Origin: Octopus sinensis
Lineage: Eukaryota
Direction: 5' to 3'
Assembly (NCBI RefSeq): GCF_006345805.1
Contig: NC_042998.1
Location: forward strand, 62,806,001-62,870,000
DNA length: 64,000 nucleotides
The translations under genes and the position numbers were made by a program. Shown piece by piece: positions 13,170-26,832 of the stretch (positions within the stretch are counted from its first letter, which is position 1; each line of letters begins with the position of its first letter). The notes under the pieces are model-generated. The model had not been told where the DNA came from, did no database searches, and saw nothing but the letters and a program-made list of their open reading frames with translations.

Positions 13170-13821
13170 TAGACAATATAAGTTCTTATCACGTCGAATT
13201 TATCCTATATTCTAGGGTGCCAAGATCACATTATTTAGTTTGCCTTTCTTTAAGACTGAATGAAATTTTTAGAGGATTTTGGCTATTTTTCTACTAGGTC
13301 AAAAGATCAGGATGAAACTATCTGGTTGGCTTCTTGCACTGGTGACCAAACCAATATGTGTCCCATGATTTTTATTGCATCACATTCAAATATGTTGTCT
13401 TTGAAGAGACTATCTCCATTTGTTGAGTACCACTGTAGTTCTGTCATTTCCAGTTCTTCATTCAATCAGCACAATTTAGATTTACGCAGGTTACGTCTAC
13501 ACCATCAGGTAACTGTTCACTTACCACCATTTCTATAGTTATTGAGGGTGTTACATTAATATTTCTTTTCTCACCTCACTTGTGCTGACGTAAAAAAAAA
13601 TCAATATTCTTCATATGGTATCAGATATGTTGATCAAACACTATTTTGTTTGAAATCTTTCACAATCTTCGTTATTTGCATAATTAATTATTTCTGTTAG
13701 AAGAACTTTTTCCGTATTAGAATAGTAAAATTTTATTCATATTCTATTGCAGAACATGTCTTAAAAGAAACCAGTGTAAATTATACATAAATACCAGACT
13801 TCATATTATCTTTTTGTTAAT

Positions 13822-14045
13822 GTCAGGCGGCGAGCTGGCAGAATCTTTAGCACACCGGAAAAAATGCTTACTAGCATTACTTCTACCTTTGGGTTTGAGT
13901 TCAAATTCAATTGAGGTCAACTTTGACTTGTATCCTTTCGGGTTCGATAGAATAAAGTAGTAGTCAAGTACTGAAGTTATTGTAATCAATTAACCATCTA
14001 TACTTCAAATTGCTGGCCTTGTGATATAGACTGCAAAATATTGTT
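13822..14045 (+). mobile_element. Family C SINE
   Basis: aggcggcgagctggcagaa head, gagttcaaattc B-box and cctttcgggttcgatagaataaagtag core. Confidence 0.75.
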
Positions 14046-14847
14046 GCTATTGCCGTTGTTATTTAATCCCAATCAGCTCTGATTAAACAGATCTATGATT
14101 GAACGGGTTCTATAAGGTCTTATTTTCAGACGTTATATGTCCTTAAAAAAAAAAAAGTGATAGGTGTGATTTTTCAGGCGGAATTGACTGCTTTGTCTAG
14201 TCAGTTTCATGATTTCGCAGAAGCTCTCCTATTGGTTACAAACTTTATGAGTTTCAGGCGAGGATGTGAAAGTAACTTTTTACTTTAAGCTTAATCTCAG
14301 AGAATTATTTGTTAAGATATCAGTTAAACGGCCTACAGTGACCACTGCTCTCTATAAACCATCATCAGCATTATATTCTTGCCATGCCTATAGACGAAAC
14401 GAGTCTAAAGAGCGTTGAATGATAACTGTGAATAGAAATTCTATTGAATTACTGTTGTAAACTATGAGTAACCAATATAATTACAGGTGGTTGTGAAACG
14501 TCTTTAATCTTTTGAAAAGCATTAAAGGAACATTCCGGAATTACTTAATTTTATATAATTGTTTTTCTAGATATTTGATATGGAATTATACTTCAAACGT
14601 TCGTTGGTGTGCTTTGAGAGGGTCATTTTGCCAGTAAAAATGCACGAACTAGCCATATTTCACTTCATTTTATTATCAAGCTAGAAAAGGCCTGTTGCAT
14701 TTTTGACACGGTGACTTTAGAGTTTCTTTTGCAATACACATTGTAAAATAAGCATTAATTCTTGCATACTAATATTTTTTTTCTTTGCAGATTATAACCT
14801 TGGAGTTAAATTCGTATTGATTTAAACCTTTTTAAATATGATTAGAT

Positions 14848-15090
14848 CAGACTCATATTAGGCGTTGCATGGTGTGTAAATCCTATAATGAATACGGCAA
14901 AAAATATTTGTTCTATCTATGGAAATGAAGCTTTAAGTATCCGAGCAAGCCAAAGATAGCTTGACCAGTTACTCTTGGAAAAGCTTTCTCTCGCAGGCTC
15001 GCCTTGTTGGGAACGACTAAATTATGTAAATACGGAGATTCTGAAAATCGTAGTTGAGGAAATTCTCAAGCAAACTGTAGGCAAATTAAA
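14848..15090 (+). mobile_element. Degenerate mariner transposase N-terminal (HTH) fragment
   Basis: Translates as QTHIRRCM.../MNTAKNICSIYGNEALSIRASQR*...EILKIVVEEILKQTVGKL, which resembles the mariner N-terminus. Confidence 0.55.
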
Positions 15091-15359
15091 CAAAACAGCT
15101 TGTTTCAAGTTACACTTCGATAATAAAATATCTCCAACAAGAAAAAGTGTCTAAATTTAGTCAATGAGTCCTTCTTCGGCAGTTCTCGGCTTAATCAAAG
15201 TGTTGCTCTTAACTGACCATTGACGAGTAAACCTGCAGGCAAATCTTTTCCGGGTAGAATCATCACCAGTCGCGGAAACTAGGATTATTATCATATCCGG
15301 CGAAAACGACTATGTTTAGCACCCTATGAAAGAAAAGGGTTCATCCGTAAACGTAAACT

Positions 15360-15780
15360 TTTATCTTTCATCTTTTACTTGTTTCTGTCATTAGACTTCG
15401 GCCATGCTGCGGCACCGCCTTGAAGAATTTTAATCAAAATAATTGACTCCGGTATTTATTATTTAATTTTTTAAATCCTAGTACTTATGCTATCGGTCTT
15501 TTGTTGGGCCGCTAAGCCACGGGGACTTAAACATATCAGAACAGGTTGCCAAGCGGTGGAGTGGACAAACACACACGCATACACACACATGCACACACAC
15601 ACACACATATAGACTACAGTCTTCTTTCAGTTTCCATCTATGAAATCAACTCACAAATCTTTGGTCGGCCCGAGGCCAAAGTAGAAGTCATTTGCCCAAG
15701 ATGCTATGCAGTGAGAGCGAACTCAGAACTATGTGATCGGAGTACAAGCTTCTTACTACACAACCACGACTGCGCCTGTA
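15360..15780 (-). mobile_element. Family B SINE
   Basis: gccatgctgcggcaccgcc tail and ctttggtcggcccgaggc core. Confidence 0.75.
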
Positions 15781-15929
15781 TATGTAGGCGGTCAGCTGGC
15801 ATAATCGTTAGCACGCCAGGTGAAGTGCTTAACCGTGTATCGCCCGTCGCTGTATTAGCAATAAGATGCTTATATCACACCCATTGCGAACTTAACTAGA
15901 TCTTACAAATTAAGCAGTAAAAAAGGTTA

Positions 15930-17320
15930 GTGAGATTTGTAAAACTGCTGTTTAGCTTTTAAGGCATCAGTATTTGCTTTGGAATTGCTGCATCCAAACA
16001 CGAGAATTGCTTTCGAATTTTCATCCGTCAACCTCGTTCGATGTGCTGGTTTCATATTCTTCAGTTTTGAAAATGTTTGCTCACAGACAAGTTGTTCCAA
16101 ACACTGATGCCATATCAGAGACAAATTTCTTCGACTTTAAAACTCAAGATCAAGTAAGCAGCGATAAACTTCTACAAGTTTTCCTTCTCTGTGCTTCTCT
16201 TTCAACAAGTTATTTGCGTGCAAATCAGTGAGCACCAACTACAGTTCGACTGGCACATCATCAAGGCTACAATCAACGGATTCTGAAACAGAAGAATGTC
16301 ACTCTTAATTCTGTCGGAATTTGAAAATCTCACCAAAAAATGTTCAATTAAGTTATGAATAATCTTCTTCAGAAACTTGAGGTTGACATCAGTGATTCCA
16401 GCGCAAAACTCTTTGAAACACTGAAAATGAGAGAAGTTTCTCCCTTCCAGTTGTGCTTCAAACAATGATAGCTTTCTCCGAAATCCTTTGATGACTCTGT
16501 AGACATCATATATAAGGTTATCCTTTCCCTGAAGTTTGAAGTTCAATTCTTTAATGTGGGATCTGATGTCAACCATAAATGACAACTTTGACAGCCAAGT
16601 AGAATCTGACAGCTTTATCCTTTTCTGTGAGAAAAATATCTATTTCTCTTCGGAACGTATAAAAACGAAATAGGACTTTACCACAGCTTAACCACCTCAC
16701 TGCTGTGTGATAAGTCAAATCGATTTCTTCAAGAAAAACCTTCAACTGGCGGGGATTAAGTGCATTACTCCGAATGAAGTTCACCGCAGATACCCACTGG
16801 TTTTAGTATTCAAGAAATATCTAAGTCTTTCCCACAAAGTACTTGCTGATATATAATGCAGTGTATAAACAGAGCGCCCGGGAGTTGAAGATATTCCAAC
16901 TTAATACTGATCTGCCCCACCAGACCCTTTTCTCCTTCAACTGTAGCCCATCGAAGCTGATTCCATTGAAGGTTATAGTTTTTGCACTCCATGAAAATGC
17001 TTTCTTCAGTTGCTGTTCAGCACATGTTGCAAACGGATGCAAACTCTCCTGTGATCCGGAAGTCCAAGTTAACATTACAAATGAATACGCGAGGTTGTGA
17101 CGTACTCGAGAGATCAGCAGAGACACCCAGTGTCAGAGAATACCACAAGAAGTTCCTAGCATCTTCGCGTATCTGTAGCACACTGTTCTCTCCAAGTTCT
17201 GCTGTCCTCCCAAAGGCTGATACTTCCAAAAAAGTGGGATTCTCAGCACAGAAGTAATTTTCCTCGCTCTGCTGCCTTATGCACTATCTTGTAACTTGTA
17301 CGAATGTCAGGTCAATTTTC
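15930..17320 (-). mobile_element. Decayed hAT transposase (Spin/Buster, GTF2IRD2-like)
   Basis: Frameshifted pieces: FLWYSLTLGVSADLSSTSQ (DE-motif region), FIHCIIYQQVLCGK, YHTAVRWLSCGKVL, ELNFKLQGKDNL and CEQTFSKLKNMKPAHRTRLTD. No TIRs found. Confidence 0.88.
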
Positions 17321-17904
17321 AGCACAATAAAACATTCGGAGAGATAGACGATACAAAGACGGGGAGGAGAAACAACAATTAGAAGAATAGGAAAAAAAGA
17401 CGGGTCATACATGGCCTTCTTTCATCAGTCAAGTTTGCCAGAATTCCTTACTGTTTCGGGCAGTTACACTTGAGAAAGCTAGGGAATGTGTACGGCAAGG
17501 AAGACAAAGAAAAAAAAAACCGGAGAGCATGGTACGCAATTAAAAACACCAACTACAAGAAAATAACAACAGGTGTATTTCGACTGTGAACGAATCAAAT
17601 TGAGTTGGCGTGTATGAAGTGAAAGCCTATAGGCAGGAACATAGGAGATGGACATAAGAGGTGTTGGCGGTCGGCAGTCAGGCCAAAAGAGCCAGATCAT
17701 GGCTGACTGGAAACCGGTCATGTGGAAGGAGGAGAGAGGGGCAGGAGTCAGCGGGATTGAAGGATTAGAAAAATCAGAGAAAAGGGTAGGTACAAGGGAG
17801 ATATATATATATATATATATACATATACACACATACATATATATACATATATATGCATATATATATACATACACACGCACAAACTCATATATATGTACAT
17901 ATAT

Positions 17905-17940
<36 letters not shown>

Positions 17941-17943
<3 letters not shown>

Positions 17944-18540
17944 CATGTGGAAGCGCAATGGCCTAGTGGTTAGGGGCAGCGGACTCGTGGTCGTAGGATG
18001 GCGGTTTCGATTCCCAGACCGGGCGTTGTGAGTGTCTATTGAGCGAAAACACAAAGCTCCACGACGCTCCGGCAGGGGGGGGGATCCCTGCTGTACTCTT
18101 TCACTACTCTTTCTTCTGTTGGCCTGCTCGCTTAGCCAGCGGGGTGGCGTCATTCAATGCATTGTGACCAGCGATGTGTAACAACATCTGATGGTCTTGT
18201 CGGTCACGTGATCACATGATACATATATATATATATATATATATAATATATATATATACATACATGTGGAAGCGCAATGGCCTAGTGGTTAGGGGCAGCG
18301 GACTCGTGGTCGTAGGATGGCGGTTTCGATTCCCAGACCGGGCGTTGTGAGTGTCTATTGAGCGAAAACACAAAGCTCCACGACGCTCCGGCAGGGGGGG
18401 GGATCCCTGCTGTACTCTTTCACTACTCTTTCTTCTGTTGGCCTGCTCGCTTAGCCAGCGGGGTGGCGTCATTCAATGCATTGTGACCAGCGATGTGTAA
18501 CAACATCTGATGGTCTTGTCGGTCACGTGATCACATGATA
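17941..18540 (+). repeat. Identical tandem duplication of a 281-bp tRNA-SINE unit bounded by (TA)n
   Basis: 17941-18221 equals 18260-18540 by eye; period 319. Confidence 0.92.
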
Positions 18541-18541
18541 C

Positions 18542-18578
<37 letters not shown>

Positions 18579-18598
18579 ATATATATATATGTATATAC

Positions 18599-18866
18599 TG
18601 TTGTGTCTGGTGAGAGTCATTCTCTTTTGGTGGCTTATATTTTAACATACCGACCGGTAATATTCCACTTATTTCTTTTTTATTTTTCTAAAATTTTCGT
18701 TGCGTCTTGCAAACTTTTCAATACTTTTGAGAGACAAAACTATTGAAAAGGTTGCTAAACGCAACGAAAATTTTAGGAAAATAAAATATAAATGAGCGGA
18801 AATGTAACCGGTGAGCGTGTTAAAATATAAGGCACCAAAAGAGAATGACTCTTCCCAGACACAACA
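18599..18866. repeat. Palindromic MITE-like fold-back, ~131-bp arms
   Basis: tgttgtgtctgg...cttttg, loop agaga, caaaac...ccagacacaaca; arms roughly 85% complementary by eye. Confidence 0.85.
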
Positions 18867-18929
18867 TAATATGCTTCAACACACGAACTCACATAAAGAA
18901 TCTTGCAAACCAAATCCAAAAACGAAATA

Positions 18930-18962
<33 letters not shown>

Positions 18963-19557
18963 GTATTCGACAGAAACTTTGAGAATTTTCGAACGCAGAA
19001 TAACTATTAAAACAGCTTAGAAGATTGGTTAAACGCCCTTAGAAGGAAAAATGTCTAGCATGTGGCTACAGAGAATTCAGCCAATAGTCGAGAAGTATAA
19101 AGTTTGATTCACTGTAGAGACATGCTTGCTACGTTTTCCGTTTTCTAAAGGTATTCACCCAATCTTCTTAGCTGTTTTCATATCTTTTCCGCGTTCGAGA
19201 TTTCCTATATTTTCTGTGGAATACCAAACACACTCGGGGTTTCTAAGTTTGTTTATATTTGTACATATATGTGTGTGCGTGAGTGTGTGTGCATGTGTGT
19301 TGTGTCTTTGTGTATGTGTTTGTCTCCCATCTTAGTGTTGGTGTGTTTACATGCCCATAACTTAGAGTAAGTACTAGTCGATTTGTTCTACTAAACCTAT
19401 TCAAGGCAGTACCCCAGCATGGCCGTAGACGAATGACGGAAAGAAGTGAAAGAAGACGAAAGCAGAAAGAAGATAATATCGCTTTTACCAGAGACTGAAA
19501 AGGTTAAACTTGTATCAACTGTGATCAGAAAGCGCGCGCGCAAATCTTAGAACAGAA

Positions 19558-19612
<55 letters not shown>

Positions 19613-20414
19613 TAAATAATAATAATAATCATAAAATCGAAGGTAAAAAACAGAAGTTCAGCAGAGTATTTTTGTTTAGAGTCAACTCAAAGAATGTGTA
19701 ATAAACACCTCTTATTTGAACTGTTTAATTACGATTTCATTTAAATTTATTATTTTTGTGCTTGTTTCATACTTTGCTTTCCTCGTTCAGTTTTTTAGAA
19801 GAAAAAAAAAGAAGGAAAACCGACAAAAACTCAATCTCCTAAGAACTTTGTTTATCTAATTATCTTCAATAAATTTCTTTTCATCTCTTAAGGTCCACAA
19901 AATCTTTGGGATATAATTTCAATTTGTTTCAAGTTATACTTTTTTAAATGTATTAAAGCATTTTTTTAAAAAACTGTATTTTGACATGGACACTTGTTAT
20001 CAAATAATTCATTATTTATTTGTTTATTGTCTATAGAATGTTATTTATTTATTTTTTTCATTCGTTTACCTCAATATTTATGTATGTACAGTAATGAAAC
20101 ATGATTAAAGCATTGATGATAAAAATTTAAGATTTATCGAAACAAGATAAGCTCTGTACCTGTCTTGTTCTTTCACAAGTAAAAAAATACCTTGTGACAG
20201 AAAATCAATAAAAAGAAATTTAATTTAAAAAACCTCGAGAAAAGAAATGTAGTAAGAGAAATAATTATATTTATTATGTTTATAGTAAATGATAAAATAT
20301 ATCGCACACACAAACACCCACATATTTAGACATATATACTGGAAAGTTATATTACAAACTACGTCATATTAGGTATAGTGAACATTAACCATGTTATATT
20401 ATAATCTTATATAT

Positions 20415-20459
<45 letters not shown>

Positions 20460-20624
20460 GTATATATGTATGTATGTATATATAAACACATACATACATA
20501 TACTTCTATGTATATGTATGTAAATACGTATGTATGTGTGTATTGAGTGGCATGCATTCGTACAGGTTTACACGCAAATATACAAAAACCTGTGTATGTA
20601 TGTATGCATGTATGTATATATATG

Positions 20625-20656
<32 letters not shown>

Positions 20657-21071
20657 CATATATATATACACATATATATATACATATGTTTGTATGTATT
20701 AAAGTTTTCGGCATTATTAACTAATATATTCCAACGCATGGTATATTTTTTAAAGTTATAGCTTAAGATACCATACCCTATATGAATAGGGAACATGCGT
20801 GTGTATGTATATATGTATATATATATATATATATATAGACGGTGTAATGAAATCAAATGCCTTTTATGACAGTTTTGTTCACTATAGTTTCTTATGAGTT
20901 TCTTAAAGTGTGTTTACAGCAATAAACTTTCTGGATTTAGGAACTTTACTGTTCTGAATAAACTGCAAGGAAGTCATGCGAAGAAATGGAGAAGAGACCG
21001 CTTGAAGAAGAGATAAAACAAGAGACCAGCCATGTCTCCCACACAACACCTTTAAATAGTACGCTTTTCTT

Positions 21072-21162
<91 letters not shown>

Positions 21163-21347
21163 AATATATACAGACACATATATACATGTGTTCATACAAA
21201 AATATACACATACGGACAGAAAAGTGACGATATACGATTACAGAGCAACATATATTTATAATTTTAATTTGATAGTATATTATAAAAATCAAAAGAAGTT
21301 TGATTTATCGTTATTTAATCTACATACATTGATATATATATATATAT

Positions 21348-21381
<34 letters not shown>

Positions 21382-21530
21382 ATATATACATATATATATA
21401 CATATATATATATATATCTATATATATATATATATATACATATATATATGAATGTGTGTGTGTTTGTATTTACATATATAGCCATACGTGAGTAAATGTG
21501 TCTACATCTATATGCATATGTGTGTGTGTG

Positions 21531-21616
<86 letters not shown>

Positions 21617-22385
21617 CATGGAAAAGTTTTTAACTATGTTAGATTGAAAACACAAGTTCGCTGTATTTTTTTTATGTATTCTTATTGAGATTCTTGTTAA
21701 ATATTCATATGAGAACTTTATAGCGTGTACAGAACAGTAAAGTCAAATAGTAAATCTCTTGTCGCTCCGACACGCACTTCAAACAAGAAACAATTGCAAT
21801 GCACTCCACCATACAACATAAAACAAAACTTGATAAGAAAAACATTAGTCAACGACTCAGTCATCAAGACAAGGAGGTTCATTATGGAACCAACAAAACC
21901 AGATGATTACTTATGGAAGCCATATTATAAGTTCGAAACAATGCAAGCTATAACACACAAATGTTGTATTATTGCAACGAATATAATCATTTCCATTGAT
22001 GAAAGAGAAATAGTGTCAGTGGATAAAGGTTCATATACATCTACAGCTTTGTACCAATACCACTGCAACTCCTTACCAAAAAAATTAGCTTTAACAAACG
22101 CCACTAGCAATTATAGCTCTGAGATAAATCAAACAATCTACTGCATTCCATGTATTTAATCTGCTTGCTGAAAATAGCAATGAAATCTTCTTTAATGAAC
22201 ACTGGACACTGTTGTAAAAAATGAGTTGAGAATCATTTGATCTCGTTCTGTGGTTATAAACACTAGCAATGATTGCACCCAGGCGGTATGATCGAGAATC
22301 TAGAAACTTTGGTTGAGCCTAGGAAGTTGTAAGCAAAGTAGAGAACGACGTGATACACTAATCACTCACCATATCGATGTTCACC

Positions 22386-22578
22386 CATCGCGGTTTGTTA
22401 TTCAAGCTTACGTCGACTCCTCCATGTTGTTGTTTTGCATTTATAATAAAATAAATACATAGAAATTATAAAAATAGTAAAAAATATATATATACAGTAC
22501 AGTATTGTTTCTACTTCGAGGATTTTTCACCTGTCGTTTTGGAAAGTAACACCCGCGATAGTCAAGGGATTACTGTAT
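22386..22578. mobile_element. Short pogo/Tigger-like MITE, copy 2
   Basis: Colinear with 858-1032; ends cccgcgatagtcaagggattactgTA. Confidence 0.6.
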
Positions 22579-22584
22579 ATATGA

Positions 22585-22900
22585 AGGCGTGTGGCTTTGT
22601 GTTTAAGGTAAACGGCATACGATGTTAACGCCGTGAGTTCGATTCCAGGCGGCACGTTGTGTACTTGAGCAAGACACTTTATTTCACCTTGCTCCAGTTC
22701 ACTCAGCTGGCAAAAATGATTAATACCTGCATTTCAAAATTGCCAGCTCTGTCACACTGTCTCACTCTGAATTTCCCTGAGAACTACATTAAGGGGTCGT
22801 ATGCTTGCAGAGGTCTCACCCAGTTGTACGTTGATTTCATGCGCAGACTCTTCCGTTGGTTAGATCAACTGGAACCCTCATCGTCGTAATCGACGGGATG
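22585..22900 (+). mobile_element. Family A tRNA-SINE
   Basis: gagttcgattcc B-box and family A body. Confidence 0.8.
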
Positions 22901-22954
22901 CACACAAAACATGTGTGTACACACATATAACACACATATACAGACACAGAAACA

Positions 22955-23290
22955 CCGGCGTGATTGCGTTTTGAAAAGTTATCTTCCGAAACACATAGTT
23001 CCAAGTTCAGTTGCACAAAGCGTCATTTTGGGCAGGTGTTTACTATGGAAGCCCTGAGCCACAGAAAGCTTTGTCAACCGATTTGATTGACGGAACTGAA
23101 AGAAACCCGTTGTAGTACCTGTATTTCAAAGGCCCATCCTTGTCACATTCTGTGTCACGTTCAATCTCCCTGAGAACTCTGTTAAGAAGGGCACGTGTAT
23201 CTGTAAAGTGGTAAACCACTTGCACGTTAATTCCAAGAACAGGCCGCCCCGTTAATCGGATCAACTGGTACCCTCACTGTGGAAACCGAG
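22955..23290 (+). mobile_element. Composite SINE: family B-like 5' part joined to family A body
   Basis: gacggaactgaaagaaacccg runs directly into tacctgtatttcaaaggccc...ggatcaactgg. Confidence 0.6.
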
Positions 23291-23304
23291 CGAATGCCAG
23301 CTTT

Positions 23305-24905
23305 ATATTATCACCATCTACAAGAAGGGAGACCGAGAGGATTGCAACAACTATCGGAGCATCTCACACCTGAGTATTGCAAGTAAGATCTTTGCCCGTA
23401 TCCTACTCAATTGCCTTCTCATCCTCGCGCAAGACGTGCTCCATGAGACCCAGTGTAGCTTTCGACCCTCTTGAGGCACAATGAACATGATGCTTTGTGC
23501 CCGTCAACTCCAGGAGAAGTGTCAGGAACAACAACAGCCTGCAATGTTCATTTTCTGGGATCTAAAGGAAGCCTTTGACAAGGTCCCCTGTCCTGCAATA
23601 TCGGCCGTCCTTGCCCGATTTGGATGTCCGGAGAACATCAGTGCCCTGGTCCGCTCCCCCCACGACGGCATGGTGGGTAGGGCATGCCATCAAAATATCC
23701 TCATTAACACGTTTCCCATCACTGGGGATCTTAAGCAAGGATGAGTCCTGGTACCAACCTGTTTCTCTTTGTACATGGCCGCCATGTTCAACGAGATCCC
23801 ACTAGACTCGCCTTCCATTAGCATGCGCTATTGCTTGGATGGCGGACTCTTAAATCTCGCACGCCTCCGTGCAAAGACGAGGACCTCCTCTATCTCAGTT
23901 TGTGAGATGCAGTATGCTGACGACAATGTCACTCCGAGCCGGATCGCAGATGGCCTACAAAGGATGGCCGATCTTTACAATGCGGCTTACGAACGCTTCG
24001 GGATGCAGGTAAACACATTAAAAACCAAGAAGCTGATGCAACCTGCACCAGACCAGAACAGTCCATCCGCAAACGTTAGCATGAACGGCCAACCCCTAGA
24101 ACAATTTGAACAATTCACATACCTTGGAAGTATCCTTTCGACGACTCCCCACGTGTTAAATGGATGTGGAGAACAGGATTTTGGCGGCCCACTCCGCCTT
24201 CGCAGACTCAACCAACGTGTATTCTTCAATCACGCGTTCACCAACCGGACAAAGATCATGGTCTTCCGTGCAATTGTCCCGTCAGCTCTACTCTACGCTT
24301 TTGAGACTTGGATGTGATTGTTTCTACTTCGAAGATTTTTCACCTGTCGCGGGGAGTTTGGAACGTAACACCCGCGATAGTCAAGCGCCTTGAATGCTTC
24401 CAGCAATCGAATCTACGACAGATCCTCAACATGCAATGGGAAGATCACATTACCAACAACGAGGTTCTTCGCCGCGCCTCATTATTAAGTTTCGAAGCCA
24501 CCATTCTACGTCATCGTCTCCGCTGGGTGGGTAACGTCCAGCGTATGGCGTCCTCTCATCTCCTAAGTATTATGCTCTACGGAGAACTTGCAATCGGAAC
24601 AAGATCCAGAGGACGTCCGAAATTCCGTCTTAAAGACCAGCTCAAACGGATATTGGCTGAAGCTAACATCCAGCCATCCTTATGGGAACAGATTGCCATA
24701 GATAGGACAGCCTGGAGGAATTCTATCCGCAATGGAGCCAGCTCCTTCGAGCAGAACAGACAACAGAATGAAGAGATAAAATGCAGGTGAAGAAAGGAGA
24801 GTCTACAACATCCTCGATCTGCACCGACCATCCTGTGCGAATTCAGCTCACAACTCTTTCATCACCGACGTCGACTCCAAAGTCACTTTCGGCACAAACA
24901 TCTGC
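23305..24905 (+). mobile_element. 5'-truncated RTE-clade LINE, decayed reverse transcriptase
   Basis: IITIYKKGDREDCNNYRSIS, FWDLKEAFDKV, LKQG, MQYADD, FTYLGS, LLYAFETW and RHRLRWVGNV...IMLYGEL, with stops and frameshifts. Confidence 0.93.
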
Positions 24906-25185
24906 CGAGGAGACTAAATGGAAACTGACGAACCCAGTACTTGCATACCAGCTGCAGCTGGGTTTCTCTCAGTTTCCGCCTACCAAATCCACTCACAAAG
25001 CTTTTGTCGGTGGGGGCTATAGTAGAAGACACCTGCCCATGGTGCCACACAGTGGGTTAGGAAAGGTTTGGGCCATTGATGATCCAAACCAATAGGTATG
25101 CTGCGTAATCCGTCGGGATCCATGCTCACAACGGAGGCTGGAGCTGGGGATCCGTAGCAGGCTTCCGAGTCAGCGGGTATAAATG

Positions 25186-25417
25186 AAAGGAAATGAAAAC
25201 AAAACGAAGGCAGGACTGGCTTATCAGATTATTTTAAATATTTTAATTAAAGTAAAAATGAATGAATGTAAGGAAAAGGTGAAGTGAATTATTTCTTACT
25301 GCTGTAAGACATTATGTACTTCTAATTTTCCTACTCTCATTTACTTTTACTTTAATTAAAATATTTAAAATAATCTGATAAGCCTGTCCTACCTTCGTTT
25401 TGTGTTCGTTTTCCTTT
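25186..25417. repeat. Inverted repeat, ~90-bp arms with a 40-bp perfect core
   Basis: 25218-25257 is the exact reverse complement of 25345-25384. Confidence 0.9.
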
Positions 25418-25420
25418 AAT

Positions 25421-25786
<366 letters not shown>

Positions 25787-26129
25787 ATATATACATAAAT
25801 ACACACACACATATATACATTAGTGTATATAAATATATGCACACATATATATATATAAATATATACACACCATCTGTCTATCCATACATACGTACATATA
25901 CATTATAAATGTCTCTATACATACAAACACGCACATACACACATACACGCATTCACACATACATACGCTAACTCTAATACACACATACATACACACATAC
26001 ATTCTCGCACACATACATGCGTTAACTCTGATACACACACATGCAAACATACACACGCTAACTCTGATACACACACACATATATATATATGTATACGCAT
26101 GTATAGTGACAATTTACAAATAAAAAGAA

Positions 26130-26290
26130 ACAAAAGACAAAGACGAGTGTGTAAAAAACAAACAGGTGTATTAGTTTAACGCTCGGGAATTGAGAAAGTC
26201 CTTTACGTTTCGAGCCTACACTCTTCAACAGAAATGAACAGGAAGAGAAAATAGAAAGAAGTATAGTGGCTAGCGATCTATAATGGCGAA
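26130..26290 (-). mobile_element. PLE-like terminal-repeat fragment (second subfamily) with hammerhead-like motif
   Basis: Minus strand reads CTGTTGA-a-GAGTgtagGCTC-GAAACGTA-aagga (26199-26235). Homologous to 50330-50520 and 50710-50920. Confidence 0.6.
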
Positions 26291-26832
26291 ATTTATGCAT
26301 GTATACATAAATATGTATTCATATATAATGATGACGATAGTCTCTCGTAGTCCGAAGAAGTCGGTTCTGTAATTTCATGTTGACCAATATGCACAAACGA
26401 TTTGTTTATGCTGATCGGATATTGTTTCTGAACCTTAGCTCAATCCCATCCGTCAAATCGACGTGTCCTGATCACATGCACGGTGTATCGCACACCAGAT
26501 GTCGAAGTGATCGCAGAACGACATGAAACGAAGTGCATTCCTTAAGAACACAACGAACCACCCAATCCAGGAACTGAAACCACGATCTCGCAATCGTGAA
26601 TGCTACACACTGATTACTAGGCCATGTGCTCTCACATGTATGCATAGAAATTACGAGTTATTCTTCTTGTAGGTATGAATGCAATGCTGGGTACTTTTTT
26701 TTAGCATTGTACACAGAGTACTTGTGTGTTGCATGTCTAGCAACATACACACTTACCCATCTCCATACTTTCTCTGCAGCCACTATATTGATTTCGTTTG
26801 CTCTTTTTATAATTATTTTAGTAATGCCTAGA

